Source: an uncultured Acidobacteriaceae bacterium
GTDB lineage: Bacteria; Acidobacteriota; Terriglobia; Terriglobales; Acidobacteriaceae
Assembly (NCBI GenBank): GCA_963787905.1
Contig: CAWBFL010000107.1
Span: 931-64,930, forward strand
DNA: 64,000 nt
Reading direction: 5' to 3'
Part shown: positions 51,127 through 62,472 of the stretch, in pieces
Numbering within the stretch: position 1 is the stretch's first letter
How the letters are laid out: the number at the start of each line of letters is the position of its first letter
Program-made: the position numbers and the translations under genes
Notes under the pieces: model-generated
Databases searched by the model: none
The model's input: the letters and a program-made list of their open reading frames with translations, nothing else
Told to the model about the DNA's origin: nothing

Positions 51127-51336
51127 TTGACACGCCCTATATAATAGAGGAGGAGAGCGAGAGAAATCCTACGTTTCTCAGGTCGCCTCGACGGCCGCTA
51201 AATCGCAGATTGCAGAGACTTTGGCAGGCGTGTCGCGATACGCCTTACAAAATCAGGACCTGAGCCCAAGTACCCGATACCTAAGCCCTTTGGATAAGGT
51301 ACTTTAGGACCTAAGTACAGGGGGGTGGGGGTGGGG
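51127..51336 (+). repeat. ~210-bp composite element, family D, copy 2
   Basis: TTGACA-N7-TATAAT..GAGCGA, CAGAGACTTTGGC (51213), TAAGGTACTTTAGGACCTAAGTACAGGGGGGTGGGGGTGGGG (51295-51336). Confidence 0.7.
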
Positions 51337-51338
51337 CG

Positions 51339-52580
51339 CTACGTCGAGTAATCCGCGTTGATGTGGACATACTCGACGGTCAGGTCGCAGGTCAAAAAGC
51401 GGCACGTTCCGTCGCCCGCACCCAGGTCAATGGTGACGGTGTACTCCGGTTGCATCATCACCGCATGCGCGGCGGCTTCGTCAAAGCCCGCTGCGCGCAC
51501 ACCATACTCGAAGACTGGTTCTGCGCCAATCCAGACGCGCGTCCCTTCCGGCTCAAACACGGCACCGCTGCGCCCGGCAGCCGCCAGCAGCCGTCCCCAG
51601 TTTGGGTCGCCGCTGGACCACGCGGTCTTGCACAGCGGGCTGTTCGCGATGGTCCTCGCGACTGCTGCGGCATCGGCCGCGCTGGCCGCTCCCCGTATGT
51701 CGAGCGTAACCACGTGCGTCACGCCCTCGCCGTCCGCGATAATCTGGTGCGCCAGCGACTGGCACACCTCGCCCAGTGCCGCGTCGAATGCGGGAACGAG
51801 TTCCTTGCTCAGCGCGATACCGCTCGCCCCGCTGGCCACCAGCAGCACCGTATCGTTGGTCGAGGTGTCGCCATCGATGGAGATGGAGTTGAAGCTCGGC
51901 CCAACCGCGGCTGCCAGCGCGGCGTTCAACCCCGCAACATCGGCAGCAACATCGGTAAACAAATAGACCAGCATGGTCGCGTGCGGCGGCCCGGCAACCG
52001 GCGCCCCGAGACTGGGGCCGATCATCCCCGCGCCCTTGGCCGCGCCCCAGATCCTGATCTCCGCTCCCTCGACGGGAACCACGGCGTGCGCAGTCTTCAG
52101 CCGAGTGTCCGTTGTCATGATGGCGCGGGCAAAGGCCTCTGCATGTTCTTCGCTACTGCCCACCGCAGCTTTCAGCGCGGGCATCGCGGCTACGACCTTC
52201 TCGTGCGGAAACGGAACACCGATGATCCCGGTCGAGGATGGAATCACCTCGTCGAAGATGCACCCGAAGGCTTCTGCGGCGGCCACGCAGGTTGCCACGC
52301 ATCCTTCAATCCCGGGTTCACCGTTCGCGCAGTTGGCGTTGCCTGAATTCACCAGCACCGCACCGATGCGGCCTCCGGTCGACAGCAGGTGCCGGCGTCC
52401 CACCGTTACCGGAGCCGCAACCACCCGGTTCGACGTATACATGGCCGCGCCCACCGCCCCAGCCGTTGCAATCGCAACCGCAACATCCGGATTCCCACTG
52501 ACCTTGATTCCCGCACGCGCCGTGCCCCACACAAAGCCACGCGGAATCGCTCCCACCGTCAAAGCTGCTTCATCCATCAT
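51339..52580 (-). CDS. argJ: Bifunctional glutamate N-acetyltransferase / ornithine acetyltransferase
   Basis: VNSGNANC, IMTTDT, AKGAGMI...ATML, DGDTSTNDT, DGEG, DPNWGR, TCDLTVEYVHINADY. Confidence 0.96.
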   Translation of the reverse strand: MMDEAALTVGAIPRGFVWGTARAGIKVSGNPDVAVAIATAGAVGAAMYTSNRVVAAPVTVGRRHLLSTGGRIGAVLVNSGNANCANGEPGIEGCVATCVAAAEAFGCIFDEVIPSSTGIIGVPFPHEKVVAAMPALKAAVGSSEEHAEAFARAIMTTDTRLKTAHAVVPVEGAEIRIWGAAKGAGMIGPSLGAPVAGPPHATMLVYLFTDVAADVAGLNAALAAAVGPSFNSISIDGDTSTNDTVLLVASGASGIALSKELVPAFDAALGEVCQSLAHQIIADGEGVTHVVTLDIRGAASAADAAAVARTIANSPLCKTAWSSGDPNWGRLLAAAGRSGAVFEPEGTRVWIGAEPVFEYGVRAAGFDEAAAHAVMMQPEYTVTIDLGAGDGTCRFLTCDLTVEYVHINADYST

Positions 52581-52694
52581 TTCCTTACTCTACCAAGCAC
52601 AGGTTGCGGATATCGCCGCTCCTGCCCCGGCCGGTGCGCAGACTACACTCTGCAACTCAAGCGCCTATAAATTAATTCTGCAAAAGGACTTCCA

Positions 52695-52717
52695 ATTCGC
52701 CTTTTATTCGCTACAAT
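52695..52717 (+). promoter_or_regulatory. Putative LexA operator and -10 of a leaderless lexA transcript
   Basis: ATTC-GCCTTTT-ATTC direct repeat (variant of the GTTC-N7-GTTC box) next to TACAAT, 6 nt before ATG. Confidence 0.55.
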
Positions 52718-52723
52718 CGGCCC

Positions 52724-53329
52724 ATGGCTATCACGCGGCGGCAAAAAGAGGTCATCGACTTTCTCTCCAACTTCACGCAGAAGAACGGTTACTCCCCGTC
52801 CTACGAGGAGATCGCCCACGGTCTGGGCCTCACTTCGCTCGCGACCGTGCACAAGCATGTCACTAATCTGCAGAATAAGGGCCTGCTGCAGCGCGCACAC
52901 AACCGCAGCCGGTCGATTGACGTCCTGCCTCCACGCTCCAGCAAGAGAGGGTTCGACCGCCTGCCGCTGCTGGGCCGTATCGCGGCCGGCAAGCCGCTGG
53001 AGGCGATCGAGACGGCGGAGAGCATCTCATTGGCCGACATCATCGGCAACCGCGAGGTGTTCGCGCTGGAGGTCCGCGGCGATTCCATGCGCGACGAGCA
53101 CATCGTCTCGGGCGACTACGTGCTGGTGGAGCGGACCCGCACCGCGCGCGAAGGCGAGATCGTGGTCGCGCTGGTGGACGGTTCGGACGCGACCCTGAAG
53201 CGCTTCTACCGCGAAGGCGGCATGATCCGGCTGCAGCCATCGAACAAGGAGATGGCACCCATCTTCGCGCCCGCCGCCACCGTCAGCATCCAGGGCAAAG
53301 TGCTGGGCGTGCTGCGCAAGTACGCCTGA
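52724..53329 (+). CDS. lexA: SOS repressor LexA
   Basis: wHTH PSYEEIA, IAAG cleavage site, VRGDSM (Ser), ATLKRF (Lys). Confidence 0.97.
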   Translation: MAITRRQKEVIDFLSNFTQKNGYSPSYEEIAHGLGLTSLATVHKHVTNLQNKGLLQRAHNRSRSIDVLPPRSSKRGFDRLPLLGRIAAGKPLEAIETAESISLADIIGNREVFALEVRGDSMRDEHIVSGDYVLVERTRTAREGEIVVALVDGSDATLKRFYREGGMIRLQPSNKEMAPIFAPAATVSIQGKVLGVLRKYA

Positions 53330-53355
53330 GCGACCGAGGCCGCCGGGTGGATTGC

Positions 53356-54087
53356 TCAGAGGAGGTACCTGACGTCCCCGTTCCCATCACTTGGCAACAG
53401 GCGATTGTAAGCGGCATTCACAATGCCATAGCACTCGCAGGTTTTGGCAGCTAGGCCCGGCCGATTGAGAATATGGATGCGCCCGCGCGAGTAGCCGATC
53501 AGCCCGTTGCGCTGCAGTTCGCCGGCGGCCACCGTCACCGTCGACCGCTGCACCCCCAGCATCTGCGACAGGAACTCCTGGGTCAGATGCAAGCACTCCG
53601 ACTCCATCCGGTCCGCCGAGCTCAGCAGCCAACGCGCCAGCCGCGCCTCCACCTCGTGCATCCGGTTGCACAGCACCGACTGGGTGATCTGCACAAATTG
53701 AAGATACGCAAAGGTATGCACCAGCTTCTGCAGCAGACCGCCTTTGAGAAACTGAGTCCGCACCACGGAAGAACGAATGCGCAGTCCCTCGCCGGCTCCC
53801 TGCATCATCACCATATGTGACATCTGCGGCTGATCCAGCAGCGCCGCCAGGCCGGAGAAGCCTTCCCGCCCGATCAGCCCAACCTCTACCTGCTCGCCGC
53901 GCTCGGTCACCGCGTCGGTCGAGATCAGGCCCGTGTTGACGAAATAGACGAATTCGATGGGCAGGTTCGGCTCTGAAAGCCGCTTAGCCAGCGGCAATTC
54001 GACCGGAACGAGATGCTTCGCCAGCGCCGCATACTCCTCGGCAGGCAATTGCGAAAGAATCAAGTTGCGCGGTCTCGTTGGATTCAC
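53356..54087 (-). CDS. Crp/Fnr family transcriptional regulator
   Basis: NLILSQLP, EVGLIGREG, CNRMHEVEARLARWLL, LTQEFLSQMLGVQRSTVT; start (GTG 54087) inferred. Confidence 0.9.
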   Translation of the reverse strand: MNPTRPRNLILSQLPAEEYAALAKHLVPVELPLAKRLSEPNLPIEFVYFVNTGLISTDAVTERGEQVEVGLIGREGFSGLAALLDQPQMSHMVMMQGAGEGLRIRSSVVRTQFLKGGLLQKLVHTFAYLQFVQITQSVLCNRMHEVEARLARWLLSSADRMESECLHLTQEFLSQMLGVQRSTVTVAAGELQRNGLIGYSRGRIHILNRPGLAAKTCECYGIVNAAYNRLLPSDGNGDVRYLL

Positions 54088-54467
54088 AGGAGTCGAAATT
54101 TGGATCGCTGGCAAGGAATGTCCCTTTGCACGAGGAAGGAATCCCCCTGGCCGCAAATACCGTTACCCTCATCCCTGGGGACGTCTAGCTGCGATTACCC
54201 TCCACCTTACGGTGGATGGCCAACATATGTCTGTGTAGTACCGCACATAACACGTTTGAAATCTGGATTTTCCGCGGATGCCCGCTACGCGGCTCGCCAC
54301 TCGGGATAGCCGGAACCCGACTGCCAACCGCCGCCAAAGCCCTGCAATCGGTCCGCGCCGGTTTAGAATGGCTACTGGCTCTTCTCGCCCGAACTCCCGT
54401 CCTATAGCAGGCAGTCGGCAGGTAAGTCCAAAGGCATACCCAAGGCCGGAAAGCGTCTCCAACACCC

Positions 54468-56258
54468 ATGCATCGCTGGTCCCAGCTTTTTATCCCCACC
54501 CTGCGCGAGGCTCCGGCCGACGCGGAGGTCGCAAGCCACAAGCTTCTGCTCCGCGCAGGCTATATTCGCCAGCTTGGCGCCGGGCTTTACTCCTATCTCC
54601 TCCTCGGAAACCGTTCCATCAACAAGATCGTAGCGATCATTCGCGAGGAGATGGACACGATTGGCCAGGAGTTCTATCTGCCGGCGCTGAATCCGCGCGA
54701 GGTATGGGAAGAATCCGGCCGCTGGACCGGCATGGGCGATAACATGTTCCGGCTGAAGGACCGCAAGGGCGCCGAGCTGTGCCTGGCGATGACCCATGAA
54801 GAGGTGATGACCACCCTCGCCCGCTCGGAGTTGCGCAGCTACAAGCAGCTACCGCAGATTTGGTACCAGATCCAAACCAAGTTCCGCGACGAGCCGCGTC
54901 CTAAGTCCGGGCTGCTGCGGGTGCGGCAGTTCCTGATGAAGGACGCCTACTCCTTCGACATTGACGAGGCAGGCCTGGACGAGAGCTACACCAAGCACGA
55001 ACAGGTCTACCGGCGGATCTTCACCCGCTGCGGCCTGGAATTCGTTGTGGTTGAAGCCGATTCCGGCTCCATGGGCGGTTCGGCTTCGCAGGAATTCATG
55101 GTGTACACCGACGCCGGGGAGGACCTGATTGCCAGCTCCGCCTCAGGCTACGCGGCCAATGTCGAGAAGGCGACTTCGAAGCTTCCGCCCGTCATCGATC
55201 TTGCAACGGCTGGCGACGGCGACCCCGAACTCGTCCATACTCCCGGCCAGCGCACCATCGATGAGGTGGGTGCGTTCCTCGGCGTCAAGCCAGTCCACCA
55301 GATGAAGACCATGGCCTACATCGTCGAGCATCCGGACGCGGACGAGAAGCAAGTGAAGACGGTCGGCAAGACCCGCGCGGTGGTGGCATTCCTCCGCGGC
55401 GACCATCAACTGAACGAGACCAAGCTTGCGGCGCTGGCCGGCGGCGAACTTCGCCCCATGCAGCCTGAGGAGATTGCTGCCGTATTCAATGCGCCTGCCG
55501 GTTACCTCGGACCGATCGGGCTGACCGCGGCCCCGCATCCCAGGAAGCCCGGGACTCTCGTCATTCTGGATACCGCGCTCGAAGGGCGGACGAACCTGAT
55601 CGCCGGGGCTAACAAGGAGGAGTATCACCTCCGCAACGTAACTCCGATGCGCGACTTCAAGCCGACACTGGTCGCGGATGTGCGCAGCGTCAGCGAGGGG
55701 GAGCCCGACCCGATTGCGGGCGAACCGCTGCGCATCGGCAAGGCCGTCGAGATTGGCCATATCTTCAAGCTGGGCTACAAGTACTCGAAGTCCATGGGCG
55801 CGAGCGTGCTGAACCGCGATGGCAAGGAGACCACGCCGATCATGGGCAGCTACGGTATCGGCGTGGAGCGCATTCTCACCGCCGCGATTGAACAAGCCGC
55901 CTCGCGGTTTGCCGGTCGCAGTCAGCCTGACTCCTATGCCCTGCCGCCGGCGATCGCGCCGTTCCAGGTGGTCGTCACCATCACCAATGTCCGGGAGCCT
56001 GAATTGCTGGCTGCCGGCGAGCACATCGCGCAGCAGCTCTCATCCGCAGGATTCGATGTGCTCCTGGATGACCGCGATGAACGTGCAGGCGTCAAATTCA
56101 AGGATGCCGAACTGATTGGCGTGCCCTTTCGCATTGCTATCGGGAAGAAGCTGGCGGAGGGCAAAGTGGAACTTCTGAACCGCATTACCAACCAAACGGA
56201 CGACATATTGACCACGGAAGTGGTTGAACGCACACGGGCCGCGGTCCACTCCGTTTGA
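54468..56258 (+). CDS. proS: Proline--tRNA ligase (with editing insertion)
   Basis: [67 protein letters not shown]. Confidence 0.98.
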   Translation: MHRWSQLFIPTLREAPADAEVASHKLLLRAGYIRQLGAGLYSYLLLGNRSINKIVAIIREEMDTIGQEFYLPALNPREVWEESGRWTGMGDNMFRLKDRKGAELCLAMTHEEVMTTLARSELRSYKQLPQIWYQIQTKFRDEPRPKSGLLRVRQFLMKDAYSFDIDEAGLDESYTKHEQVYRRIFTRCGLEFVVVEADSGSMGGSASQEFMVYTDAGEDLIASSASGYAANVEKATSKLPPVIDLATAGDGDPELVHTPGQRTIDEVGAFLGVKPVHQMKTMAYIVEHPDADEKQVKTVGKTRAVVAFLRGDHQLNETKLAALAGGELRPMQPEEIAAVFNAPAGYLGPIGLTAAPHPRKPGTLVILDTALEGRTNLIAGANKEEYHLRNVTPMRDFKPTLVADVRSVSEGEPDPIAGEPLRIGKAVEIGHIFKLGYKYSKSMGASVLNRDGKETTPIMGSYGIGVERILTAAIEQAASRFAGRSQPDSYALPPAIAPFQVVVTITNVREPELLAAGEHIAQQLSSAGFDVLLDDRDERAGVKFKDAELIGVPFRIAIGKKLAEGKVELLNRITNQTDDILTTEVVERTRAAVHSV

Positions 56259-56286
56259 TTCCAATCGCCACTGCAATTCTTCACCC

Positions 56287-58866
56287 ATGGCCATCAAAGT
56301 AAAACTCGGGAACAACGGCAACTCGCCGAAACATACCAGGCGCCCTTTTTTGCGGTTCCTGCTCATCTCTGCATTTGCCTTGTTTTCCATCTTCGCGATG
56401 GTCTTCGGCTACATGTACTTCAAGTACCAGAAGATCGTCGACGACCGGCTTGCCGCGGGCCCCATCTTCGCCAACGTCGAGCAGATCTATGCGGCGCCGC
56501 GCGAAGTCCGCGTAGGCCAACACCTGACCATATCGTTCATTGCGCAGGATCTCCGCCAAGCCGGCTACAACACCAACCCGCAATTGGGCACCTTCACGGT
56601 CAATGGCAACAGCATCAGCATCAAGCCCGGTCCGCAAAGCTACCACTCCACCGATGGCGCGACCATCACGACGGGGGCTGGGTCGAGTGTCGACCCAGCC
56701 GCCGGACTGGCTTCGCAGCCGGTATACACAGTCACTTCCATCACCGCTGACAATGGAGCGCCGCTGGCGGCCTATCAACTGGAACCGCAGCTGATCACCG
56801 CGCTCTCCGAGGACAAGGGCCGCACCAAGCGGCGGCTGGTCACCTACGACGAGATTCCGCCGCAGATGGTGCAGGCGGTCATCGCCATTGAAGACCGCCG
56901 GTTCTTCGAGCACGGCGGCGTCAACTACGTGCGCATGACCGAGTGCGTCGTGCGCGACGTCCTGGCCGGCCGCCGGGAATGCGGCGGCTCCACGCTGACC
57001 CAGCAACTGGCGAAGAACTTCTTCCTCACCCCCGACAAGACCATCTCGCGCAAAATCGCCGAGCTGATGATCACCTATCAGCTCGAAGCGCGCTTTTCCA
57101 AGCAGGAAATCTTCGCGATGTACGCGAATGAGATGAATCTCGTCCATCGGGGAAGCTACGAGATCGACGGCGTCTCCGAGGCCTCGCAAACCCTTTTCGG
57201 GAAGGACCTGCGCCAGCTCGACCTGGCCCAGTGCGCCACCATCGCCGCGCTATTTCAGAATCCGAGCTACCGCAACCCCTACCGGCATAAGGACCGCGCC
57301 ATTGAGCGCCGCAACCTGGTGTTGGATTCCATGGTGGAGACCGGCGCCATTACCCAGACAGAGGCGGACCGCGCCAAGGCCGAGCCGCTGGTGCTCGCCA
57401 ATTCCGCGATCGACGCCGGCGAAGCACCATACTTCGTCGACCTGGTGCATGACCAACTCGCTCAGCGGCTTGGCGATCAGGAACTCGGTCACGATTCGCT
57501 GCGCATCTACACCTCCCTCGACCCCGAACTTCAGCGCGCCGCGTCCGAGGCCGTCGATGTCGGGATGAAGAATGTCGACGACCTGGTGCGCAGGCTGCAC
57601 AAGAAGAACGATCCAAATATCACCTATCCTCAGGTGGCGCTGGTCGCCATCAATCCCCACACCGGCCAGATCCTCGCGATGGTCGGAGGCCGCAACTACG
57701 GCATCTCCCAGCTCGATCACGCCACTGCCGAGCGCCCCACCGGCTCCATCTTCAAGCCCTTTGTTTACGCGGCTGCTTACAATACCAGCTTGAGCGGAAC
57801 CGCTTTGGGGAACGAGGGCGTTTTCACCGCACTGACCAAGTTGAACGACGACCCGCAGGACTTCGGCACCAACGGTCAGTCCTACATCCCAGGCAACTTC
57901 GAGAGGGGCGAATACCCCGGCATGGTCACGGCAGCCCAGGCCATCGCGCATTCGCTGAACATTGCCACCATCGCCCTCGCCCAGTTGGTTGGCTACGACA
58001 ACGTAGCTGCACTGGCCCGCACCGCCGGGATCGTCAACGCCCGGGGCACGCCTTCGGTCGCCATCGGCACCTACAACGCGACCCCGATCGACATGGCCGG
58101 CGCGTATACCGTGTTCGCCAACAACGGCGTCCATTTGAAGCCATGGATGCTGGCGAGTGTGCGCAATACCAACGGCGATATCGTTGCCGACTTTGCGCCC
58201 GAAGCGAAGCAAGTCCTCGATCCTCGCACCGCGTACCTCACTCAATCGCTGCTCGAATTCACCGCCACCTACGGTACCGCGGCCAGCATCCGCGCCCATG
58301 GATTTACCGCACCCGCGGCGGGCAAGACCGGTACCGAACACGATGTCTGGTTCGCCGGCTACTCCTCCAACCTCCTCTGCATCATCTGGGTCGGCAACGA
58401 CGACTACACCGATATCTCACATGGACTAACGCATCCGCTGCAGGGTGCTGACACCGCGGCGCCGATCTGGGCCGAGTTCATGAATCGCGCCATCAAGCTG
58501 CCGCAGTATTCCGACATGAAGCAGTTTGCGGAGCCACCCTCCGGCGTCGGAATCGTTCCCGTTGACCTGAACTCCTGGCTGCCAGCGGACAACACCTGCC
58601 CCGAGGACTACTCGTTCGCATTCCTCGACGGCACCGTGCCCAATACCACCTGCAGCCATATGGGCGCGACACCGCAAGTCGTCATGCAGAACATGTTCTC
58701 AAAGGGAACTCCGGCTGCGGGCGTGGCGCCGGCAGCCCCGGCGAATCCGCAACCACCCGACGCGAGCGAACCCAACGCCCCCAAGAAGAAGAACTTACTG
58801 CAAAAGATCTTTGGCGGCGGTGACAAACCAGCGCAACCCACGGCGCCCGCACCCCCACCTCAGTAA
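56287..58866 (+). CDS. Class A penicillin-binding protein (PBP1b-like transglycosylase/transpeptidase)
   Basis: TM; [22 protein letters not shown]; GSIFKP (SxxK), SLN, GKTGT. Confidence 0.93.
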   Translation: MAIKVKLGNNGNSPKHTRRPFLRFLLISAFALFSIFAMVFGYMYFKYQKIVDDRLAAGPIFANVEQIYAAPREVRVGQHLTISFIAQDLRQAGYNTNPQLGTFTVNGNSISIKPGPQSYHSTDGATITTGAGSSVDPAAGLASQPVYTVTSITADNGAPLAAYQLEPQLITALSEDKGRTKRRLVTYDEIPPQMVQAVIAIEDRRFFEHGGVNYVRMTECVVRDVLAGRRECGGSTLTQQLAKNFFLTPDKTISRKIAELMITYQLEARFSKQEIFAMYANEMNLVHRGSYEIDGVSEASQTLFGKDLRQLDLAQCATIAALFQNPSYRNPYRHKDRAIERRNLVLDSMVETGAITQTEADRAKAEPLVLANSAIDAGEAPYFVDLVHDQLAQRLGDQELGHDSLRIYTSLDPELQRAASEAVDVGMKNVDDLVRRLHKKNDPNITYPQVALVAINPHTGQILAMVGGRNYGISQLDHATAERPTGSIFKPFVYAAAYNTSLSGTALGNEGVFTALTKLNDDPQDFGTNGQSYIPGNFERGEYPGMVTAAQAIAHSLNIATIALAQLVGYDNVAALARTAGIVNARGTPSVAIGTYNATPIDMAGAYTVFANNGVHLKPWMLASVRNTNGDIVADFAPEAKQVLDPRTAYLTQSLLEFTATYGTAASIRAHGFTAPAAGKTGTEHDVWFAGYSSNLLCIIWVGNDDYTDISHGLTHPLQGADTAAPIWAEFMNRAIKLPQYSDMKQFAEPPSGVGIVPVDLNSWLPADNTCPEDYSFAFLDGTVPNTTCSHMGATPQVVMQNMFSKGTPAAGVAPAAPANPQPPDASEPNAPKKKNLLQKIFGGGDKPAQPTAPAPPPQ

Positions 58867-58971
58867 GTTGGCACTGCGCGAAGCCTGTTCGGCGGCCTAT
58901 CCATCACCGGGCAACTGATGGGTCTTCGCTGCGGTCTCTGGATTAGTCGATTCCCGTCCAGTTGGACCGGC

Positions 58972-60639
58972 TCATGCAGCTTTGGCCAGTAGGCTGAACC
59001 CCAGGCCGGCCGCGGTCAGCAAAGCGCACAAATATGCAAATAAGTCTCCATGCGCAGCATAGAAAGTAACATCGTGCTCGTAGTCAAAGCCGACACGCAG
59101 ACTCGTTCTGATGTGTCGCGGCGCAGCTACGACGACGCGTCCGTACGGGTCAATCGCGGCAGTTACACCGGTGTTGGTCGCGCGCAGGACCCAGCGATGG
59201 TTTTCGATCGCGCGCATCCGTACCATATTCAGGTGTTCCCATGCGGCGCTGGTGTCCCCGTACCAGCCGTCGTCTGAGATATTCACCAGTACGTCGGCTC
59301 CGAGATTGGCATATTGGCGGACCTCGTCTGCAAAGACGGACTCATAACAGATAAATGTTCCATAGGTGTGTCCGCCAGTAGAAAACACCGTCCTGCGCTT
59401 GCCTCGATCGAAGGATCCCACATCCTGCAACAAATTGCCGGCAAAGAAGAGCAAACTCTTGTACGGGGTGTACTCGCCGAAGGGGACCAGATGCATCTTG
59501 TCATAGCGTCCGGCGAAGCGGCCATCCGGCGCAATAAAATCCGCAGAGTTATATTGATCGTAGCGTCGCTCTACAGCAGGGTCGGCATCGATCCCGATAT
59601 TGCCCACGATAATTGGAGCATCCGCCGCGCGAGCAAGGCTGGACATCGCTGTGCGAAACTCCAAGTCGCGCTCAAGGAAGTCATTCGGCGCCTCGGGCCA
59701 GACAATTAGGTCTGTTGGTTCAGGGGCCGGTTGTGCACTTGGCGACTGTCCCACCACTGGAGTAACTCGAATGCATTTGGTCGTAGCCAGCTCAGGTATT
59801 CCCAGGCAATAATTCATCTCGGGATATAGGCTGAGTGAGGAATACTCTTGCAGCTCCTGGCTCTTTGTAAGTGGGGGTCCTGCTTTCATGGCGGCCTCAC
59901 CCACTTCAAGATTCTCCTGTAACAGAGTTGCGATCGCCTCAGTGCCATCCCGGACCGGCGTCTGCAACTGTCGAGCAACTACAACAAACAACAGGATGAT
60001 ACCGACTCCCGCGACAGCCAGAATGCTTCTGGTAAAGCGCCGCTGCTTGAGCGAAATGCGTGTCAGCCAGAGCGCATTTACGCCCGCAATCACAAACGAA
60101 AGCCCATACGCTCCGGTCCAGGGAGCGAGCCGCGTCAGCAAGCTATTGTCCACCTGCGTGATGCCAAGAGGGTCCCAGGGAAAGCTGGTAATCCTGGCCC
60201 GCGCTAATTCAACTGCAACCCACGCAAACGGGCTGAGAAGAAGCGTCCCTTGCATTCCGATCCGGCTGCGGCGAAACGCCACAATCAACGCTCCAAACAA
60301 TGCATGATAGAGCCCGAGATAGAGGCAAAAGAGAATAAGAATTCCAGCCGCAACCGGCTTGGCCAGCCCACCGTAAGTGTGCATGGTCTGGTAAATCCAG
60401 TAGCAATTGCCGAGATACCAAATAAAGCCGGAACAATATCCCAGCGCCGCGCCCTGGAGCGGGCCCAGAGGCCGTCCTCTCTCATCATTGTTCGTAAGTG
60501 CCAGCAGTAAAGGAAGCAGGGCAACCCAGCATAGTGCAGTACGCCAAGCCGGCACCGGTCCCGCGATCGGGAACGGTAACACCTGAATTACACCCGACAA
60601 AGCCGCAATTGCCCACAGTCGCACAGGGATCAGTCGCAT
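58972..60639 (-). CDS. lnt: Apolipoprotein N-acyltransferase
   Basis: FPWDPLG, IVWPE, YDKMHLVPFGEY, FICYES, RAIENHRWVLRATNTG. Confidence 0.95.
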   Translation of the reverse strand: MRLIPVRLWAIAALSGVIQVLPFPIAGPVPAWRTALCWVALLPLLLALTNNDERGRPLGPLQGAALGYCSGFIWYLGNCYWIYQTMHTYGGLAKPVAAGILILFCLYLGLYHALFGALIVAFRRSRIGMQGTLLLSPFAWVAVELARARITSFPWDPLGITQVDNSLLTRLAPWTGAYGLSFVIAGVNALWLTRISLKQRRFTRSILAVAGVGIILLFVVVARQLQTPVRDGTEAIATLLQENLEVGEAAMKAGPPLTKSQELQEYSSLSLYPEMNYCLGIPELATTKCIRVTPVVGQSPSAQPAPEPTDLIVWPEAPNDFLERDLEFRTAMSSLARAADAPIIVGNIGIDADPAVERRYDQYNSADFIAPDGRFAGRYDKMHLVPFGEYTPYKSLLFFAGNLLQDVGSFDRGKRRTVFSTGGHTYGTFICYESVFADEVRQYANLGADVLVNISDDGWYGDTSAAWEHLNMVRMRAIENHRWVLRATNTGVTAAIDPYGRVVVAAPRHIRTSLRVGFDYEHDVTFYAAHGDLFAYLCALLTAAGLGFSLLAKAA

Positions 60640-60896
60640 TGCTACGCAGTCTAACACCGCATGGTGAAACTGCATTGGCTTTCGCCCAAGCGCAGACGCC
60701 AACCTAGACGCGATGTAGCAGTCGCGCCGGTACATTGTTTGCAAGATTGATATTCCTTCTGTATCCTTGCGCAGATAGAGTTGGAAATGAAATAAATCCA
60801 AGCTGAAATATTGTACCCGTCCTAGTTCTCTACCGGAGGTACTGGAAGAATGCGGTCAATGACAGCTGATTGCCATTCACAACAAGGGGGCGTCCC

Positions 60897-61166
60897 ATGG
60901 AAGTAAGCCGCATTATTGCAGAAATTGACGCGCAGATATCGAAGTTGCAGCAGGCACGGGAATTACTCTCGGGCACCGCTGCGAAGGGGAACCGAGGCCC
61001 GGGCCGCCCGAAGGGGAGCAAGAACGCCAAAGTCGCCGCGAAGCCCACATCTTCCACCAAGCGCCGGCTTAGTCCCGAAGGCCGCAAACGCATTGCGGAT
61101 GCCATGAAGCGCCGCTGGGCAGAACGTAGAAAGCTGGCTGCAAAAGCCGCTGGGGCCGCCAAGTAA
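60897..61166 (+). CDS. Small basic protein with N-terminal coiled coil and AT-hook-like motif (putative nucleoid-associated)
   Basis: IIAEIDAQISKLQQARELL; RGPGRPKGS; RRLSPEGRKRIADAMKRRWA. Confidence 0.8.
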   Translation: MEVSRIIAEIDAQISKLQQARELLSGTAAKGNRGPGRPKGSKNAKVAAKPTSSTKRRLSPEGRKRIADAMKRRWAERRKLAAKAAGAAK

Positions 61167-61390
61167 CTCGGATCCTGTATCAAAATAGCTTGCCGCAGCA
61201 GGCAAGGAGTGGGTTCTCGCTTAGAGAGAGCGCTGATCTGTGGTTTGCCCGGCCTAAGGAACGAGGGGAATAATCCGAAGGCATCGACTTGCCTGGAACT
61301 GCGCGATTCGAAAATGTACCGGCCGACTTATTCATTCGCAGCCCGAGTTGGCGAGAATGAGAGCTGCCTCCCGCCGATGTTCCATCCAGC

Positions 61391-62044
61391 CTAGCGAGTG
61401 ATTACAACCTCGCGAAGATTGTCCTTGCCGAGAAAAAAATGAAAGCCCTTATACGACGCAAACAGTTTCTCAATCTGGCGATTCGTGTAAGTATTCAGTT
61501 GCGGATACTCTCCGGCCCGCTGCACATCCACCTTATTCGCATCGGTCAGGTGGTAGCGGCAGAATCCTGACTTTGGGACACTTATAGCCGCCGCGGCCGC
61601 CGAAGAATGAAACATTGCGAGCATTTGACCATCGGGCGCCATCACTTCGTAGATTCGCTCCAGCACCGGCCCGAGTAACTCCTCGGGAAGATAGTCCGCG
61701 GTGTCCCAGAACAACACAACATCGAATCCGCGTCCGGAAAAATTCAGGTGCGCCGCCAAGAACCGCTCCACGTCGAAGCGCTCTACGCCCCCATCCTCCG
61801 GGGCGATGAACCAATCGCGTTTGGCCGCATCTTCCACCAGGTTCGCCAGATAGATGCTATGTCCCAGCGCAGTGACGAAGTTGATGTTGGTCGACGAAGT
61901 GGGGCCTATATCCAGAACCCGCAGCGATTCCTCCGTGCGCAATCTCTCCAGCAGTTGGCCCCATCCGCTGGAATGCCGCGCCACCCGCTCATTGGCCGCC
62001 GCACCAGCGCCGCCCCGATCTTTCCCGCCAAAGAAGCTCAGCAT
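61391..62044 (-). CDS. SAM-dependent methyltransferase-fold protein
   Basis: RVLDIGP, FDVVLFWDTADY; directly downstream of bactofilin. Confidence 0.72.
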   Translation of the reverse strand: MLSFFGGKDRGGAGAAANERVARHSSGWGQLLERLRTEESLRVLDIGPTSSTNINFVTALGHSIYLANLVEDAAKRDWFIAPEDGGVERFDVERFLAAHLNFSGRGFDVVLFWDTADYLPEELLGPVLERIYEVMAPDGQMLAMFHSSAAAAAISVPKSGFCRYHLTDANKVDVQRAGEYPQLNTYTNRQIEKLFASYKGFHFFLGKDNLREVVITR

Positions 62045-62064
62045 TACCTGGGTCTCCTTCCGGG

Positions 62065-62472
62065 TCAGGCAACGGTCGAAGTTGGTGCCGTTGCTGCAAA
62101 CAGGTTTCCGTTGGCTTGCCGTCCGGCCTCAGCCTCCGGGGCAATCTCGGTAAGTTCCACTCGGCCTTTGATGCTCGCGTTCTCTTCAATTGACAATCTC
62201 TCCGCCGCGATGTCTCCCTGCACCTCTGCCGATTCGCGCAGCTCGATTCGTCCGGTCGCCCGGATATTGCCCTCGACAAACCCATAAATTACGACATCGC
62301 GCGCATCCAAATCCGCCATCACGCGAGCGTTCGGCCCCACCGTCAGCCGGCTGCCCGGCAGCGTGATCGTCCCCTCCACAATGCCATCCATGTACAGGTC
62401 TTCGTTGCCCGACAGTTCTCCTCGAATGGTGACGGACCTTCCAATGACGGTGGAACCCTCGGCTGGCTTCAT
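62065..62472 (-). CDS. Bactofilin (polymer-forming cytoskeletal protein)
   Basis: STVIGRSVTIRGELSGNEDLYMDGIVEGTI...VEGNIRATGRIEL...GDI...IEENASIKG beta-helix repeats. Confidence 0.9.
   Translation of the reverse strand: MKPAEGSTVIGRSVTIRGELSGNEDLYMDGIVEGTITLPGSRLTVGPNARVMADLDARDVVIYGFVEGNIRATGRIELRESAEVQGDIAAERLSIEENASIKGRVELTEIAPEAEAGRQANGNLFAATAPTSTVA

Noticed and set aside
54260-54467. T-box or other leader upstream of proS
   Set aside because: No T-box consensus (GGTGGNACCGCG) or terminator/antiterminator visible.
52600-56300. Apparent weakening of + strand C-skew near lexA/proS as a replication origin or terminus
   Set aside because: Judged by eye only; no DnaA-box cluster or dif-like site seen, and codon usage can explain it.
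61167-61390. Possible sRNA or tRNA in intergenic gaps (also 62473-62735, 43284-43593)
   Set aside because: No cloverleaf, terminator or recognisable RNA-family motif.
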